Origin: a candidate division WS6 bacterium GW2011_GWF2_39_15
Lineage (GTDB): Bacteria > Patescibacteriota > Dojkabacteria > SC72
NCBI GenBank assembly: GCA_000993565.1
Contig: LBWK01000001.1
Location: 4,695 to 68,694, forward strand
Direction of reading: 5' to 3'
DNA length: 64,000 bases
This document shows, one piece after another, positions 47,047 to 56,255 of the stretch. The stretch's first letter is position 1. Each line of letters opens with the position of its first letter. The notes beneath the pieces are model-generated. The model had not been told where the DNA came from. It searched no databases and saw only the letters and a list, made by a program, of their open reading frames with translations. Both the position numbers and the translations under genes were made by a program.

Positions 47047-48468
47047 ATGAGAGTTAACCGTAAGAGAATTATTCCCCTTTTAGTACTGCTTTCCCTTTTC
47101 ATCTGGTATTTTAATCCTGAAATACGGCTTGGTCTGGATATTTTAACTCACGGTCTGTATGACGCCTGCATACTACCCTCGAAGCAAGAAAGGAACTGCC
47201 AAGGGGAAGGGGTTCGTTTCCTTGATGAAGAAAGATTTCAGCTTGGCGTGTCTCAGGATGATCCCAACTTTGTTTTTAAAATAAATAGAAGCATTAACGA
47301 AATAGATCTTTCACAATCATCTATTGAGGTTATAGCCAATCAGGGGGCTCTCAAAGAAGATACTAATCAGTACGTTAACTTACTGGTTACTCCGAAAACC
47401 ATTGGTATATATCATCTTGATGATAGTAATGTAGTGTTAATGGAGGATGTAGAGGGGAATACAAAGATCACTTTGTCATTTCCTAAGGAATTTAAAGAAG
47501 GATACACTGTATTCGTTTACTTAGATGTTGTAGATAAAGAAGGAAGAGGGGCTTTTGGTTGGAAATATGCGACCACATCATTGACGATGTTTAACTTCTA
47601 TTTTGGTAACTACTCATACTTGGTTCAGTATCTGATTTGGTATGTAGCGATTTTTGGCCGATCATTCAAGCGAAATGCTTGGTCGACGGTATATAATTCT
47701 CAGACGAAAGAGCCAATACTTGGTGCCGTGGTTAGAATATTTAGAAACAACGCATTAATATCTTCTTTTGTTACAGGTCAAACTGGAGTAATTCAGAGCA
47801 GATTAGAGAAGGGAAGATACAAATTGATGATTACCCACTCGCAGTATACCTTCCCAAGTAGGATACAGCCCCTTACAAGGGATGGCGAGTATAGAAATTT
47901 GTATTATGGAGGATATATTGAAGTAAAGAGAGATAAATCATACATTAATGCAGATATTCCTCTTGACCCAACCGGAAAAGTAGCTCGTAGAAGCTTTATA
48001 GAACAAGGTCTCACGGTTCTTCAATCAACGGTAGATTTTTTCAACCCCACAATGTTAATCTTTGTTGCAGGATTCCAATTAGTCGTCTGGCCTACATATC
48101 TTGAATCGTATGTCTATGCAGCTATTGCAACCCTCTTAATTATCTTACAGAAAAACCTTCAGGGAAAGAACGAGAAGACTCCTGGAATAATTTTGAATAG
48201 TAAAGGTGATAGGCTCCCGAATATCAAAATTAATTTATATGATGGTGACTGGAATAAGGTAGTGGACAGCAAAGTCACAGATGTTAATGGCGAGTATGAG
48301 TTTATAGTCCCAAGTGGAAATTATTTTCTAAAGGTAGACAGTGATTCTTACATTATTCAGGGTCTTAACGGCTCCGGAGAGTATAAAGTACCAGTTAAAG
48401 CTAAAGCTGGGAAAACAATGTATGTAAACGATAAACTTGTCCTTACGGAAAAGGCTGGGGTCACTTAA
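47047..48468 (+). CDS. Membrane protein with two carboxypeptidase-regulatory-like (prealbumin-fold) domains
   Basis: N-terminal TM. Repeated pattern ...VxDxxGNxxxGxYEFxVPSGNYxLKV... and ...VTGQTGVIQS..GRYKLMITH. Confidence 0.5.
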   Translation: MRVNRKRIIPLLVLLSLFIWYFNPEIRLGLDILTHGLYDACILPSKQERNCQGEGVRFLDEERFQLGVSQDDPNFVFKINRSINEIDLSQSSIEVIANQGALKEDTNQYVNLLVTPKTIGIYHLDDSNVVLMEDVEGNTKITLSFPKEFKEGYTVFVYLDVVDKEGRGAFGWKYATTSLTMFNFYFGNYSYLVQYLIWYVAIFGRSFKRNAWSTVYNSQTKEPILGAVVRIFRNNALISSFVTGQTGVIQSRLEKGRYKLMITHSQYTFPSRIQPLTRDGEYRNLYYGGYIEVKRDKSYINADIPLDPTGKVARRSFIEQGLTVLQSTVDFFNPTMLIFVAGFQLVVWPTYLESYVYAAIATLLIILQKNLQGKNEKTPGIILNSKGDRLPNIKINLYDGDWNKVVDSKVTDVNGEYEFIVPSGNYFLKVDSDSYIIQGLNGSGEYKVPVKAKAGKTMYVNDKLVLTEKAGVT

Positions 48469-48533
48469 ACTGCTGTGTAGCAAATATCCCTAATCAACTT
48501 GATTGAATAAAATCAATATTGTATATTTTTATG

Positions 48534-49085
48534 TCAGGGGTGGGAAAGCTCTTCACCTCTGGCACTTTTCAATTTCGCAACCTCTTGGGTGATTTTCTTA
48601 ATTTCGTTTAGAATGATAAGAAAAGCCGGGATGACCACAAGCACGATTACTCCAACCTTTGTTTTAACAAATGAAACAAAGAAACCGATATATGGCGCTC
48701 TGGCAATATACTCTCCCAGTATGTCATTCTTTTGCACCTTATCTATATCATTTGATTGATTAAAATCGCCTTTGGTTGTAATAATGCCTTTTTCATCAAC
48801 ATCAACTATTCTATGTGTAATTGTTCGCTTCGGCGTCTCATTTATTGTAGAAAAGGTGATTATATCTCCCTTTTTGTAATCACTAGATTTCTCTACAATA
48901 ATTAAGTCCCCCATTTCAATTGTAGGGGACATTGAACCACTCTCAACACTAAACATTTTGAAGGGCAGATCATTCATCGCTTCAGACACAATGATCAGAG
49001 ATATAAATATGATAACTAATGTTATGCAGACAGTAACCAAAGCTTTTGATACTATGCTCCATAAGTTTTTATTGGAAGAGTTCAT
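48534..49085 (-). CDS. sipW: SipW-type (archaeal/ER-type, S26B) signal peptidase I
   Basis: N-terminal TM, SGSMSPTIEMGDLIIV (the Ser box), a conserved His (HRIVDV), and a C-terminal TM. Confidence 0.7.
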   Translation of the reverse strand: MNSSNKNLWSIVSKALVTVCITLVIIFISLIIVSEAMNDLPFKMFSVESGSMSPTIEMGDLIIVEKSSDYKKGDIITFSTINETPKRTITHRIVDVDEKGIITTKGDFNQSNDIDKVQKNDILGEYIARAPYIGFFVSFVKTKVGVIVLVVIPAFLIILNEIKKITQEVAKLKSARGEELSHP

Positions 49086-49155
49086 TCTTCTTTGGATTAG
49101 CTTAAATCATACTAAGACTGCACATTTCTGTGCAGTCCCAGTATTGAGGAAACAG

Positions 49156-49752
49156 TTAGTCATTATCCTGTGCAGTGAGAACAATCTCATCGAATGTTAC
49201 ACTTGCATCCATCGCTTCCTCAGGAGCATCTTCAGCAACTCCAACTCTTTGACATATCCTTTCTGTCCACCCAGCTCGGACATTGTCTTCAGGTGTCCCT
49301 GAAGCATCATCCTCATTTGCTAAGTGCCAAAAGTCGATAGTACTGACAAGAGTCTCGTCAGCAAAGTCTGCGATCGGTCCATTGTAGATTGTATTTTCTG
49401 CGAAGTCGTCAGTGTTACAGATCCCGTCTCCGCCTGCTGTTTCAAGCTCAACGACCACTGCATTCCAAAGTGCAGGAGCCCCTGATGTCATATCAAAAGA
49501 CATGTAGGCCTCAAACGGCAGGTCACCGCTATTGAAAATGTCTGCGTATTCCCATTCAGACATTGTCCCTGGAACGGCATTTTCAATTGAGAAGGGCTTT
49601 CCTTCGCTATGATTAAGAGTTAAATCAAGCGTGGAAGTTGCAATTGTATTTCCTGAAATAATTTCAGTATCAGAAAATACTGCCAAGGTACTACTTACCG
49701 CTAAAGCTCCTAGAGCGGCAATTACTACCAGGCTGGATAGTATTCGCTTCAT
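49156..49752 (-). CDS. TasA/CalY/camelysin-family secreted protein carrying a SipW-cognate class signal peptide
   Basis: Signal peptide followed by AVFSDTEIISGNTIATSTLDLTL, the TasA-family N-terminal signature. Sits immediately upstream of sipW. Confidence 0.65.
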   Translation of the reverse strand: MKRILSSLVVIAALGALAVSSTLAVFSDTEIISGNTIATSTLDLTLNHSEGKPFSIENAVPGTMSEWEYADIFNSGDLPFEAYMSFDMTSGAPALWNAVVVELETAGGDGICNTDDFAENTIYNGPIADFADETLVSTIDFWHLANEDDASGTPEDNVRAGWTERICQRVGVAEDAPEEAMDASVTFDEIVLTAQDND

Positions 49753-50330
49753 TTTAGTTAGAGCTAAAATTATTTGCGTTAATTGTTGAGAATGTTTTAC
49801 CTCCTTCCTTTTAATTTAAATAAAGACTTAACTACAAATATTTTAGAGCGATCTATACTATATTTAGGTCATGATAGAGATTTTTTTGCAAGCAAAAAAG
49901 TGCTATAGCTTAGTAATACAAGAGGGCATATAATCCGCTTTTGGGGTCTGAAGTTTAAATGGGAGGTTTAAATTTTGCCTTTATAGGGAGAAATTTCAAG
50001 AAGATTTGTAAGTACTATCCTTTAGAACATATTCGTATAATGGAATATATATAGGACGGGAGATTATATGATGTAAAAGCCGTTATTAATTGAGAATCTG
50101 ACAGGTAGCGGTGAGCTGTATATATGAAAATGGAGTTGGTTATCATCTAAGGAATAAACAGTGAGGCAGAATCACTCCTGCAACCCAGTACTTGCTAAAC
50201 TCATCCTACGTTAACTAGCAAGGTGCTAAGATAACCAACTCCAATATAATAATAGGAGTATTTAATCTAAAGTCAATATATGTGGAAAGCTTATAATAAT
50301 TATATTGGAAATGGCAGTTTCCATTACTAT

Positions 50331-50750
50331 TTAAGCTGTTGCCTTCTTCATACGTATAAATGATGTCTCAATCAGATTTGAAAGGATATCCTCATCTACA
50401 TCCGAAAGTCTTTTAATATATAGACAGCCCACACCTAGTTTGTGTTTACCTAATTTTGCTAGAAGAGTATCTCCCTCCTGGTTTCCCAGCATTAAGTAAA
50501 GGGTTAGATTTTGTTTTCTGGGAGAGAATCCTACAAGCGGCCAATCTCCTTCCTGTCTGCTTCTTTCAGATTTATAATGGTATATTCCGAATCCTACTAT
50601 GCTTGTTCCCCACATAACGGGCTTTTCATCTGTAGCCTTTTGGAATAGCTCAAGAAGTTTGAAGCTGTCAGCTCTTTTCTCTTCCGGTTCCACAGCATTT
50701 AAAAATTCTGTAGGATTCTGGTTTGTGGGTTTTGTTTTGAGTTCAGACAT
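50331..50750 (-). CDS. DUF1801 (YdhG-like) domain protein
   Basis: Size and pattern (KPVMWGTSIVGFGIYHYK...) match PF08818. Confidence 0.5.
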   Translation of the reverse strand: MSELKTKPTNQNPTEFLNAVEPEEKRADSFKLLELFQKATDEKPVMWGTSIVGFGIYHYKSERSRQEGDWPLVGFSPRKQNLTLYLMLGNQEGDTLLAKLGKHKLGVGCLYIKRLSDVDEDILSNLIETSFIRMKKATA

Positions 50751-50761
50751 TGTTATATTGA

Positions 50762-51166
50762 TTAAGTTAAATCGGTAAATGGGTTATATGCAATTTCCCA
50801 GTAGTAGTTATCGGGATCAGCAAAGTATCCGGAATATCCTCCCCAAAACACATCCTGAGGTCTCTTAATGGGTCTGGCTCCGGCCTTGATAGCGTGATTA
50901 AAAACCTTGTCTACTTCCTCTTTTGTTTTGACATTATGAGCAAGAGTAAATCCAGAAAATCCCTTGCCATCACTCGATATGGTTATATCTTCAGCGAGTT
51001 TTTCCTTCGGATATATGGATAACCAGGTTCCATCCATTTCAAAGACTGCAAAATCATCACCGATCTTGTAGTTGTGGGTCTTAAACCCAAGACCCTCGTT
51101 ATAGAACTTAAAGGATTTTTGAAAATTGTTAACTCCTAATGTAACTAGCCCGATTTTGGATTTCAT
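50762..51166 (-). CDS. VOC-family (glyoxalase/bleomycin-resistance fold) protein
   Basis: LVTLGVNNFQKSFKFYNEGLGFK N-terminal beta-alpha-beta-beta-beta module; 134 aa. Confidence 0.6.
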   Translation of the reverse strand: MKSKIGLVTLGVNNFQKSFKFYNEGLGFKTHNYKIGDDFAVFEMDGTWLSIYPKEKLAEDITISSDGKGFSGFTLAHNVKTKEEVDKVFNHAIKAGARPIKRPQDVFWGGYSGYFADPDNYYWEIAYNPFTDLT

Positions 51167-51352
51167 TCTAACATTATAGGAAACTTCAGCTGACTATGAA
51201 ATAGAAGATGATCTGAGGATTGGATTTTGAAAGCACGTATTTTATACTTAAATCATCGAGTACAGATTCAAAATCAGAAAATCGTTTATCACGTGTTCAA
51301 TTTTCATATTAATATATAATATAACAAAATAAATTTTGAAAACAGTGAGGCT

Positions 51353-51562
51353 ATGAATCTCAAAAATGAAGCATACGTCGTATATATGGGTACGAAGAAC
51401 TTTACAGAGAAATATTATAAGGATGAGGATGGGTGGGTAAAGATATCAGCTAAGGGGAGAAAGTTTAGGATGACCGCCGAACAGTTTCTAAATCACTTAC
51501 TTCCCGCAATTTCAGGGATTAAACCTAACTTGATATGGAAAGTGGAGCATAAGGGAGAATAA
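51353..51562 (+). CDS. Hypothetical small protein (69 aa)
   Basis: RBS-like GTGAGG 5 nt upstream of the ATG. Confidence 0.3.
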   Translation: MNLKNEAYVVYMGTKNFTEKYYKDEDGWVKISAKGRKFRMTAEQFLNHLLPAISGIKPNLIWKVEHKGE

Positions 51563-51620
51563 TATATGAGATATTCCTTAACCTGAAATTTAACTTTGAG
51601 GTGGATGTCAGCAAATTATG

Positions 51621-52046
51621 TTACTTGCTAGATTTGAGATAATTCTCAATTATTTCAATATCCTTTTTATCTTTCTCTCTGGGATTTTTGCCACCAACCC
51701 AAATTTTCTTTACGGTTAACAAAAACTCTAACGAGTTATATCTAACTCCATCTATAACAGTAGAATTCTCAAAAATTTCTTCAAAAGAATAAACTTTATT
51801 TATATCAGTCATATTCCAACCTGTTACAATCTCATATATATCATATTGTAAAACATCTAAACCAAGGGGTTGAGAGACAATAAATTGAGGATTTTGTTTT
51901 AATCTGTTGTATGTTTCAGTATCAACGATTACATCTATATCGTGGCTTTCCCTAATATTTAGCGCATTCAGTATTCCTGAGCCAATAACAATTGCGTTTT
52001 CAGAGGTAAGTGATAATTCTGAAAGTTTTTGTTTAATATCTATCAT
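51621..52046 (-). CDS. Minimal nucleotidyltransferase (Pol-beta superfamily) domain protein
   Basis: IVIGSGILNALNIRESHDIDVIVD, i.e. [GS]x9-13 DxD. Confidence 0.5.
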   Translation of the reverse strand: MIDIKQKLSELSLTSENAIVIGSGILNALNIRESHDIDVIVDTETYNRLKQNPQFIVSQPLGLDVLQYDIYEIVTGWNMTDINKVYSFEEIFENSTVIDGVRYNSLEFLLTVKKIWVGGKNPREKDKKDIEIIENYLKSSK

Positions 52047-52069
52047 ACGAGAGGATTATATCAAAAAAA

Positions 52070-52141
52070 CTCCGCGGGAAGGACTCGAACCTTCAACCTA
52101 CTCGTTAACAGCGAGCCGCTCCACCATTGAGCTACCGCGGA
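52070..52141 (-). tRNA. tRNA-Asn (anticodon GTT), CCA not encoded
   Basis: The reverse complement folds as a cloverleaf: acceptor TCCGCGG/CCGCGGA, D-arm GCTC-AATGGTG-GAGC, anticodon stem GCTCG/CGAGT with loop CTGTTAA, T-arm GAAGG-TTCGAGT-CCTTC, discriminator G. Confidence 0.8.
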
Positions 52142-52233
52142 ATAACTCACACATTATATAGATCGATTCCTAATTATTCAAGGTCTTGAGTGGTATGATA
52201 CAATAGTTGGATATAATATTGAGAACTTTGAAT

Positions 52234-52689
52234 ATGAAAAGAGTCTTAGCATTTATTATTGGAATCTTTTTCCTCTCTGTAACACCTTTATTGGCTGTTG
52301 ATGAGCTTCCTTTAAAAATGTATGTAAGACAAGGATGTACCCACTGTGCCAAAGTTAAAGAGTTTTTAAACACTAATAACTTGAAGGATAAAGTAACCGA
52401 GTTAGAAACGTATAACAACACTGAGAATCAAAAGATGCTGGATGAAGAGTTTAAGAAATATGATGTACCAAATGAACAAAGGGGCGTCCCTTTTATGGTT
52501 GTCAGCGATACGGAGTATCTGGTTGGTGATCAGCCGATAATCCAATATTTCGCAGATAAGTATAATATAAAGGTTGAAGATCAGAGCTACCAGTCTTCAC
52601 CATCCGATACCATCTTTTTGGTTCTTGGAGGGACAGTTCTGTTTGCAGTTCTGGGTTACGGACTGTATTCTGTATTTAAGAAGAACTAA
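52234..52689 (+). CDS. Secreted glutaredoxin/thioredoxin-fold protein with a C-terminal TM anchor
   Basis: Signal peptide, CTHC (CxxC) motif and a C-terminal hydrophobic helix. Start chosen at ATG 52234 because TATAAT at 52212-52217 lies inside the TTG-extended ORF. Confidence 0.55.
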   Translation: MKRVLAFIIGIFFLSVTPLLAVDELPLKMYVRQGCTHCAKVKEFLNTNNLKDKVTELETYNNTENQKMLDEEFKKYDVPNEQRGVPFMVVSDTEYLVGDQPIIQYFADKYNIKVEDQSYQSSPSDTIFLVLGGTVLFAVLGYGLYSVFKKN

Positions 52690-52708
52690 CTTTTTATATT
52701 TCAATTGA

Positions 52709-53302
52709 ATGAATATTAATATCTCATTTGTTGGGATGGAGCCTTCTGATCCTGTAAAGAAGTATGCTATTGAAAAGCTAACTAAACACGAGGAGCTTTT
52801 CAGGGACCTAGAAAATATTGAAATAGTACTCAAAGAAAACGTCTCAACAAGAGGGGTTGATAAGGATTTTAGAATGAATGTTAATATCCCACTTCCAAAG
52901 GCGATGATAAGAGTTGAAGAGTCTGGGAGTGATATGTATGCAATAGTTGATAAAGTGAGTGATATTTTAGTAAGGAGGTTAAGAAGATACTATGATCGTA
53001 AGGAAAACTGGGAAGGTGTGACACCATGGCGCGTTATAGAAGCCGAGGAGGCATTAAACGGCTTTGGAGAGGAAGAAGAAACACTGGATAATTATGTAAA
53101 CTATGCCCCGAAAATAATGAGCCGGAAAAAGCTTGAAGATATGACCCCACTTTCTGAGGGTGAAGCCATTGAAAAGATGGAACTGGCGGGTGAAAAACAG
53201 ATTCTTTTTAAAAACAAAGAGACCTCCAAGATATCTATGATATATGCTCGTGAAAGGGGAGGATATTGCCTTGTAGAACCTTCAGATGCTCTGGAGCTAT
53301 AA
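52709..53302 (+). CDS. hpf: Ribosome hibernation promoting factor, long form
   Basis: N-terminal YfiA/RaiA domain (INISFVGMEPSDPVKKYAIEKL) plus the C-terminal dimerisation domain. Confidence 0.8.
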   Translation: MNINISFVGMEPSDPVKKYAIEKLTKHEELFRDLENIEIVLKENVSTRGVDKDFRMNVNIPLPKAMIRVEESGSDMYAIVDKVSDILVRRLRRYYDRKENWEGVTPWRVIEAEEALNGFGEEEETLDNYVNYAPKIMSRKKLEDMTPLSEGEAIEKMELAGEKQILFKNKETSKISMIYARERGGYCLVEPSDALEL

Positions 53303-53326
53303 AACTACTGGACTACGCAAATAACC

Positions 53327-53354
53327 AAAAAGGGAGTCATATGACTCCCTTTTT
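53327..53354. terminator. Bidirectional rho-independent terminator between the convergent hpf and 53376..54170 genes
   Basis: AAAAA-GGGAGTCAT/ATGACTCCC-TTTTT, a perfect hairpin flanked by an A-run and a T-run. Confidence 0.65.
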
Positions 53355-53375
53355 CATATTTGATGACCTCTCTGG

Positions 53376-54170
53376 TTACTTGTTTTTAGCCTCTTTAACT
53401 AAGTTGCTAACAATATTAGAGACTGTCTTGAAAACTCCGTATGTAGGTTTTCCTGTTACATTATTTTGGATCTTGGCTTTAGATCTCAAACCATCTAGCC
53501 ATGCAGTCTTAGCCTCTTCAACCTTCTGATTAACAAAGCTAGTCTCGACTTCTGCCTTTTTATCCGCATATTTTACATCCTGTCCCTCATAAAGCACCTC
53601 TTTATACTGATCAAAGAAAGCTTCAACATCCTTTTGCTCATACTTTATTGTTGGCTTCAAGATTTTTCCTGTTATAATTTCGAGTTTGATCTGCCTCTCG
53701 ATATCTGACTGTGTTATATTATTAGACTTTAAAGTTTCCTCTAGTACCTTCTGTCCTCCCAATTGATCGGCAATCTCTTTAACACGGTCATCAATCTCTT
53801 TTTGAGTTACAGTGATGTTCTTATTCTCACCTTCCTGCTCGATTAATGATTCATCAATAAGTGTGGAAGTTGCCTGAACGCCGTATGCCTTTGAAAGCCT
53901 ATCATAGTATGTGCCTTTGCTTACTCTATCGCCGTTTACAACTGCAACGCTGTAATCATTATTCAAATACTGTACGAATACATCGATTAGCCCGAAAGCT
54001 AGAACAAAAAGAGCAACATATAATACCCCTTTCAGTAACTTACCTTTGTTAAACTTGATTTCGACCTTCTTAGGTTGAATTGGAGTGGCTTCTTTCGCTG
54101 GAGTAGCTTTGACAGTCTTTTGTTTTACAACCTTTTTACTTGTGGTAGCTTTTGATTTTGTACGTGGCAT
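53376..54170 (-). CDS. Membrane-anchored SurA-N/PpiD-like chaperone-domain protein
   Basis: Lys-rich N-terminus, one TM, then a SurA N-terminal-domain-like helical region. Confidence 0.4.
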   Translation of the reverse strand: MPRTKSKATTSKKVVKQKTVKATPAKEATPIQPKKVEIKFNKGKLLKGVLYVALFVLAFGLIDVFVQYLNNDYSVAVVNGDRVSKGTYYDRLSKAYGVQATSTLIDESLIEQEGENKNITVTQKEIDDRVKEIADQLGGQKVLEETLKSNNITQSDIERQIKLEIITGKILKPTIKYEQKDVEAFFDQYKEVLYEGQDVKYADKKAEVETSFVNQKVEEAKTAWLDGLRSKAKIQNNVTGKPTYGVFKTVSNIVSNLVKEAKNK

Positions 54171-54903
54171 TAATCTTTTTTATTAAAATTATTATCTTTT
54201 GGATTAGTCTATCAGAATATACTAGAAGAATAAAGAGGAGAATGAGACTTAAGAGCTGTAAAGGAGGTTGTCCAGTTGGTGCGAGTTCTTCTGAGGCAGT
54301 GTTTTCTATCCCAAATGTTGGTATCTCAAATATATAGAAATCGTTGTAAGAGTTATCCGTATCAATATGATTTTTCCTCCCAATGCTTTTGCCTGATTCT
54401 GAGGGTGTTGCTGACTCCGCACTGTCTATTATAAGTCCGTTTTCCTTGGTAAGATTGTTTGTATTAGGTGAATCATAAATTACTGTATCTACGACGTTTC
54501 CTTTGCTGTCTAATATTTGCAGTCCATCCGACTCGCTTCCACCGTTTTGTATGGATAGTTTTGCAACATATGAAGTGCAGTTTGGAACCTTGCTTTCACA
54601 GATAGTAATGTATGTATGGGCAGGAATTTCAATGTTTCCCAAGATTGCTGTATCTGAAAAGGTTACCCCAGCTGTTTGTATCTTCCAGTTATTTAGTGAG
54701 ATGGCTATACTAAGTGGATTATATAATTCTATCCATTCGTAACCTGTGTCAGTACCTTGCGGGTCATACATAACCTCGTTGATAACTATGGATGCTGAGG
54801 CGTAGGCTCTTTCCACGATGTTTTCTGCAACAATGAGGAGTAGGAAGACGGAAAGTAAGAAGAGCAATCCGTAGATATTTTTAAGAATTGTATTTTGCAC
54901 CAC
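54136..54903 (-). CDS. Lamin-tail-domain (LTD) protein with signal peptide and C-terminal TM
   Basis: IVINEVMYDPQGTDTGYEWIELYN, the LTD signature. Confidence 0.55.
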   Translation of the reverse strand: MVQNTILKNIYGLLFLLSVFLLLIVAENIVERAYASASIVINEVMYDPQGTDTGYEWIELYNPLSIAISLNNWKIQTAGVTFSDTAILGNIEIPAHTYITICESKVPNCTSYVAKLSIQNGGSESDGLQILDSKGNVVDTVIYDSPNTNNLTKENGLIIDSAESATPSESGKSIGRKNHIDTDNSYNDFYIFEIPTFGIENTASEELAPTGQPPLQLLSLILLFILLVYSDRLIQKIIILIKKINATYKIKSYHK

Positions 54904-54945
54904 AAGTAATATGGTACAAAATTAAAGTGAAATATTTATGAAGGG

Positions 54946-56250
54946 CTATTTTAGGTGAAGATAAAAGGATTCAATTCCACCTGAATGAACAACTTTTGCA
55001 TATTTACCTCCGCATATTGGTTCCGTACCTTTATACAGGGTACCATTCTTAACCGCTCTGACGTAAGTAGCTGTACCATCGCTGCTGGACATATCAACTG
55101 CATATGGTGCACCGCCTGACCAGCCTCTATGATGATCCTGAGTTAGAAAGGCATTTCCGGTTAAAGGAGTAACGAAAGAGCCGGAATGAATGTTATAGTA
55201 CGTCCAGCCCCCGTATATTGCCCAGTAGTCAGGGCCCTTCTTTAGATATCCTCCCCAGGGGTTAATGCTTGCATAACCGATCGGCTGGCTTGTGTACTCT
55301 ATAGTGAAGTGTAGATGTGGTGCTGTTGAACAGCCTGTGCTTCCCATCTGACCAATATATGACCCAGCCACCACGGTGCCCGAGTTCACCATTGTTTCAG
55401 GGTGATCCTGAATGTACTTGATTATAGAAGCCTCTACGCTTGATTCTGCTTTCCTGGCCGCATCGAGCTGAGCAAGAAGAGCTTGTTCACGTCTTCTGGA
55501 TTCTGCATAAAGTGATGCCCTTTCTGATCTTTGTGCTGCCATCTGATCCTTAAGCTTAAACTGCTCAGTCTTTTCTTCCTCAATCTGCTGTCTTTTTCGC
55601 TCAACTGATCTCTGTTTCTCCGAAAGCAGCGTTTCTTCTTGTTTAAGTACTTTTGATTGGTTAGCCATCTGTTCCATTAGTTCCTTGTCTTTTCTTTTTG
55701 TCTCGGAAAGATATTTCAATTTGCGCAAAAGGTTTTCAAAATTGCTATTCTCAAAAAGAATTTCCACTGGTGTAACGAAGGAATACTTATATGAAATTGA
55801 TATTCGCTTCTTAATGCTATTATCCAATTTATTGATCTCCTGAGTAATCGTATTAATATTATTCTCCGTCTCAACAATTTCCTTTCCTAAAATTCTTATC
55901 TCAACATTTTTTGTCTCCATCTCAACTTCCAGGGCATCAATGTCTCTTTCCATTGCACTAATTTGAGAGTCTAGGTAGTTGATCTTTTCCAGCAACGAAA
56001 GCTGTTGGTACTGCTCATTCGATAGATTCTGGCTGAAGTTCTTTTTATCCTTATCTATCATTTCTTTTTGCTTCTGCAAATACACCAAGCATTCGGGAGT
56101 GTTTGCAATCTCCTTGGGACAGGTAGTCGAATATGCTAAAACCATATTTTCCTTTCTATTGCCAAGTCCGATCCATAAACCGTATGTAGCAAGAAGTAGA
56201 AAGGTGAGCAGTATGTGTACAGTTTTAGTCGGATTAAGGGTTTTTCGCAT
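54946..56250 (-). CDS. EnvC-like coiled-coil M23 peptidase-domain protein
   Basis: N-terminal TM, long coiled coil, C-terminal M23/LytM domain (GSTGCSTAPHLHFTIEY). Adjacent to ftsEX. Confidence 0.7.
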   Translation of the reverse strand: MRKTLNPTKTVHILLTFLLLATYGLWIGLGNRKENMVLAYSTTCPKEIANTPECLVYLQKQKEMIDKDKKNFSQNLSNEQYQQLSLLEKINYLDSQISAMERDIDALEVEMETKNVEIRILGKEIVETENNINTITQEINKLDNSIKKRISISYKYSFVTPVEILFENSNFENLLRKLKYLSETKRKDKELMEQMANQSKVLKQEETLLSEKQRSVERKRQQIEEEKTEQFKLKDQMAAQRSERASLYAESRRREQALLAQLDAARKAESSVEASIIKYIQDHPETMVNSGTVVAGSYIGQMGSTGCSTAPHLHFTIEYTSQPIGYASINPWGGYLKKGPDYWAIYGGWTYYNIHSGSFVTPLTGNAFLTQDHHRGWSGGAPYAVDMSSSDGTATYVRAVKNGTLYKGTEPICGGKYAKVVHSGGIESFYLHLK

Positions 56251-56255
56251 TGCTA

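Noticed and set aside
51907-52161. ORF 51907..52161 (+)
   Set aside because: It is antisense to the tRNA-Asn gene and overlaps the NTase gene start. Its translation (…REGLEPSTYSLTASRSTIELPR…) is simply the tRNA complement read as protein.
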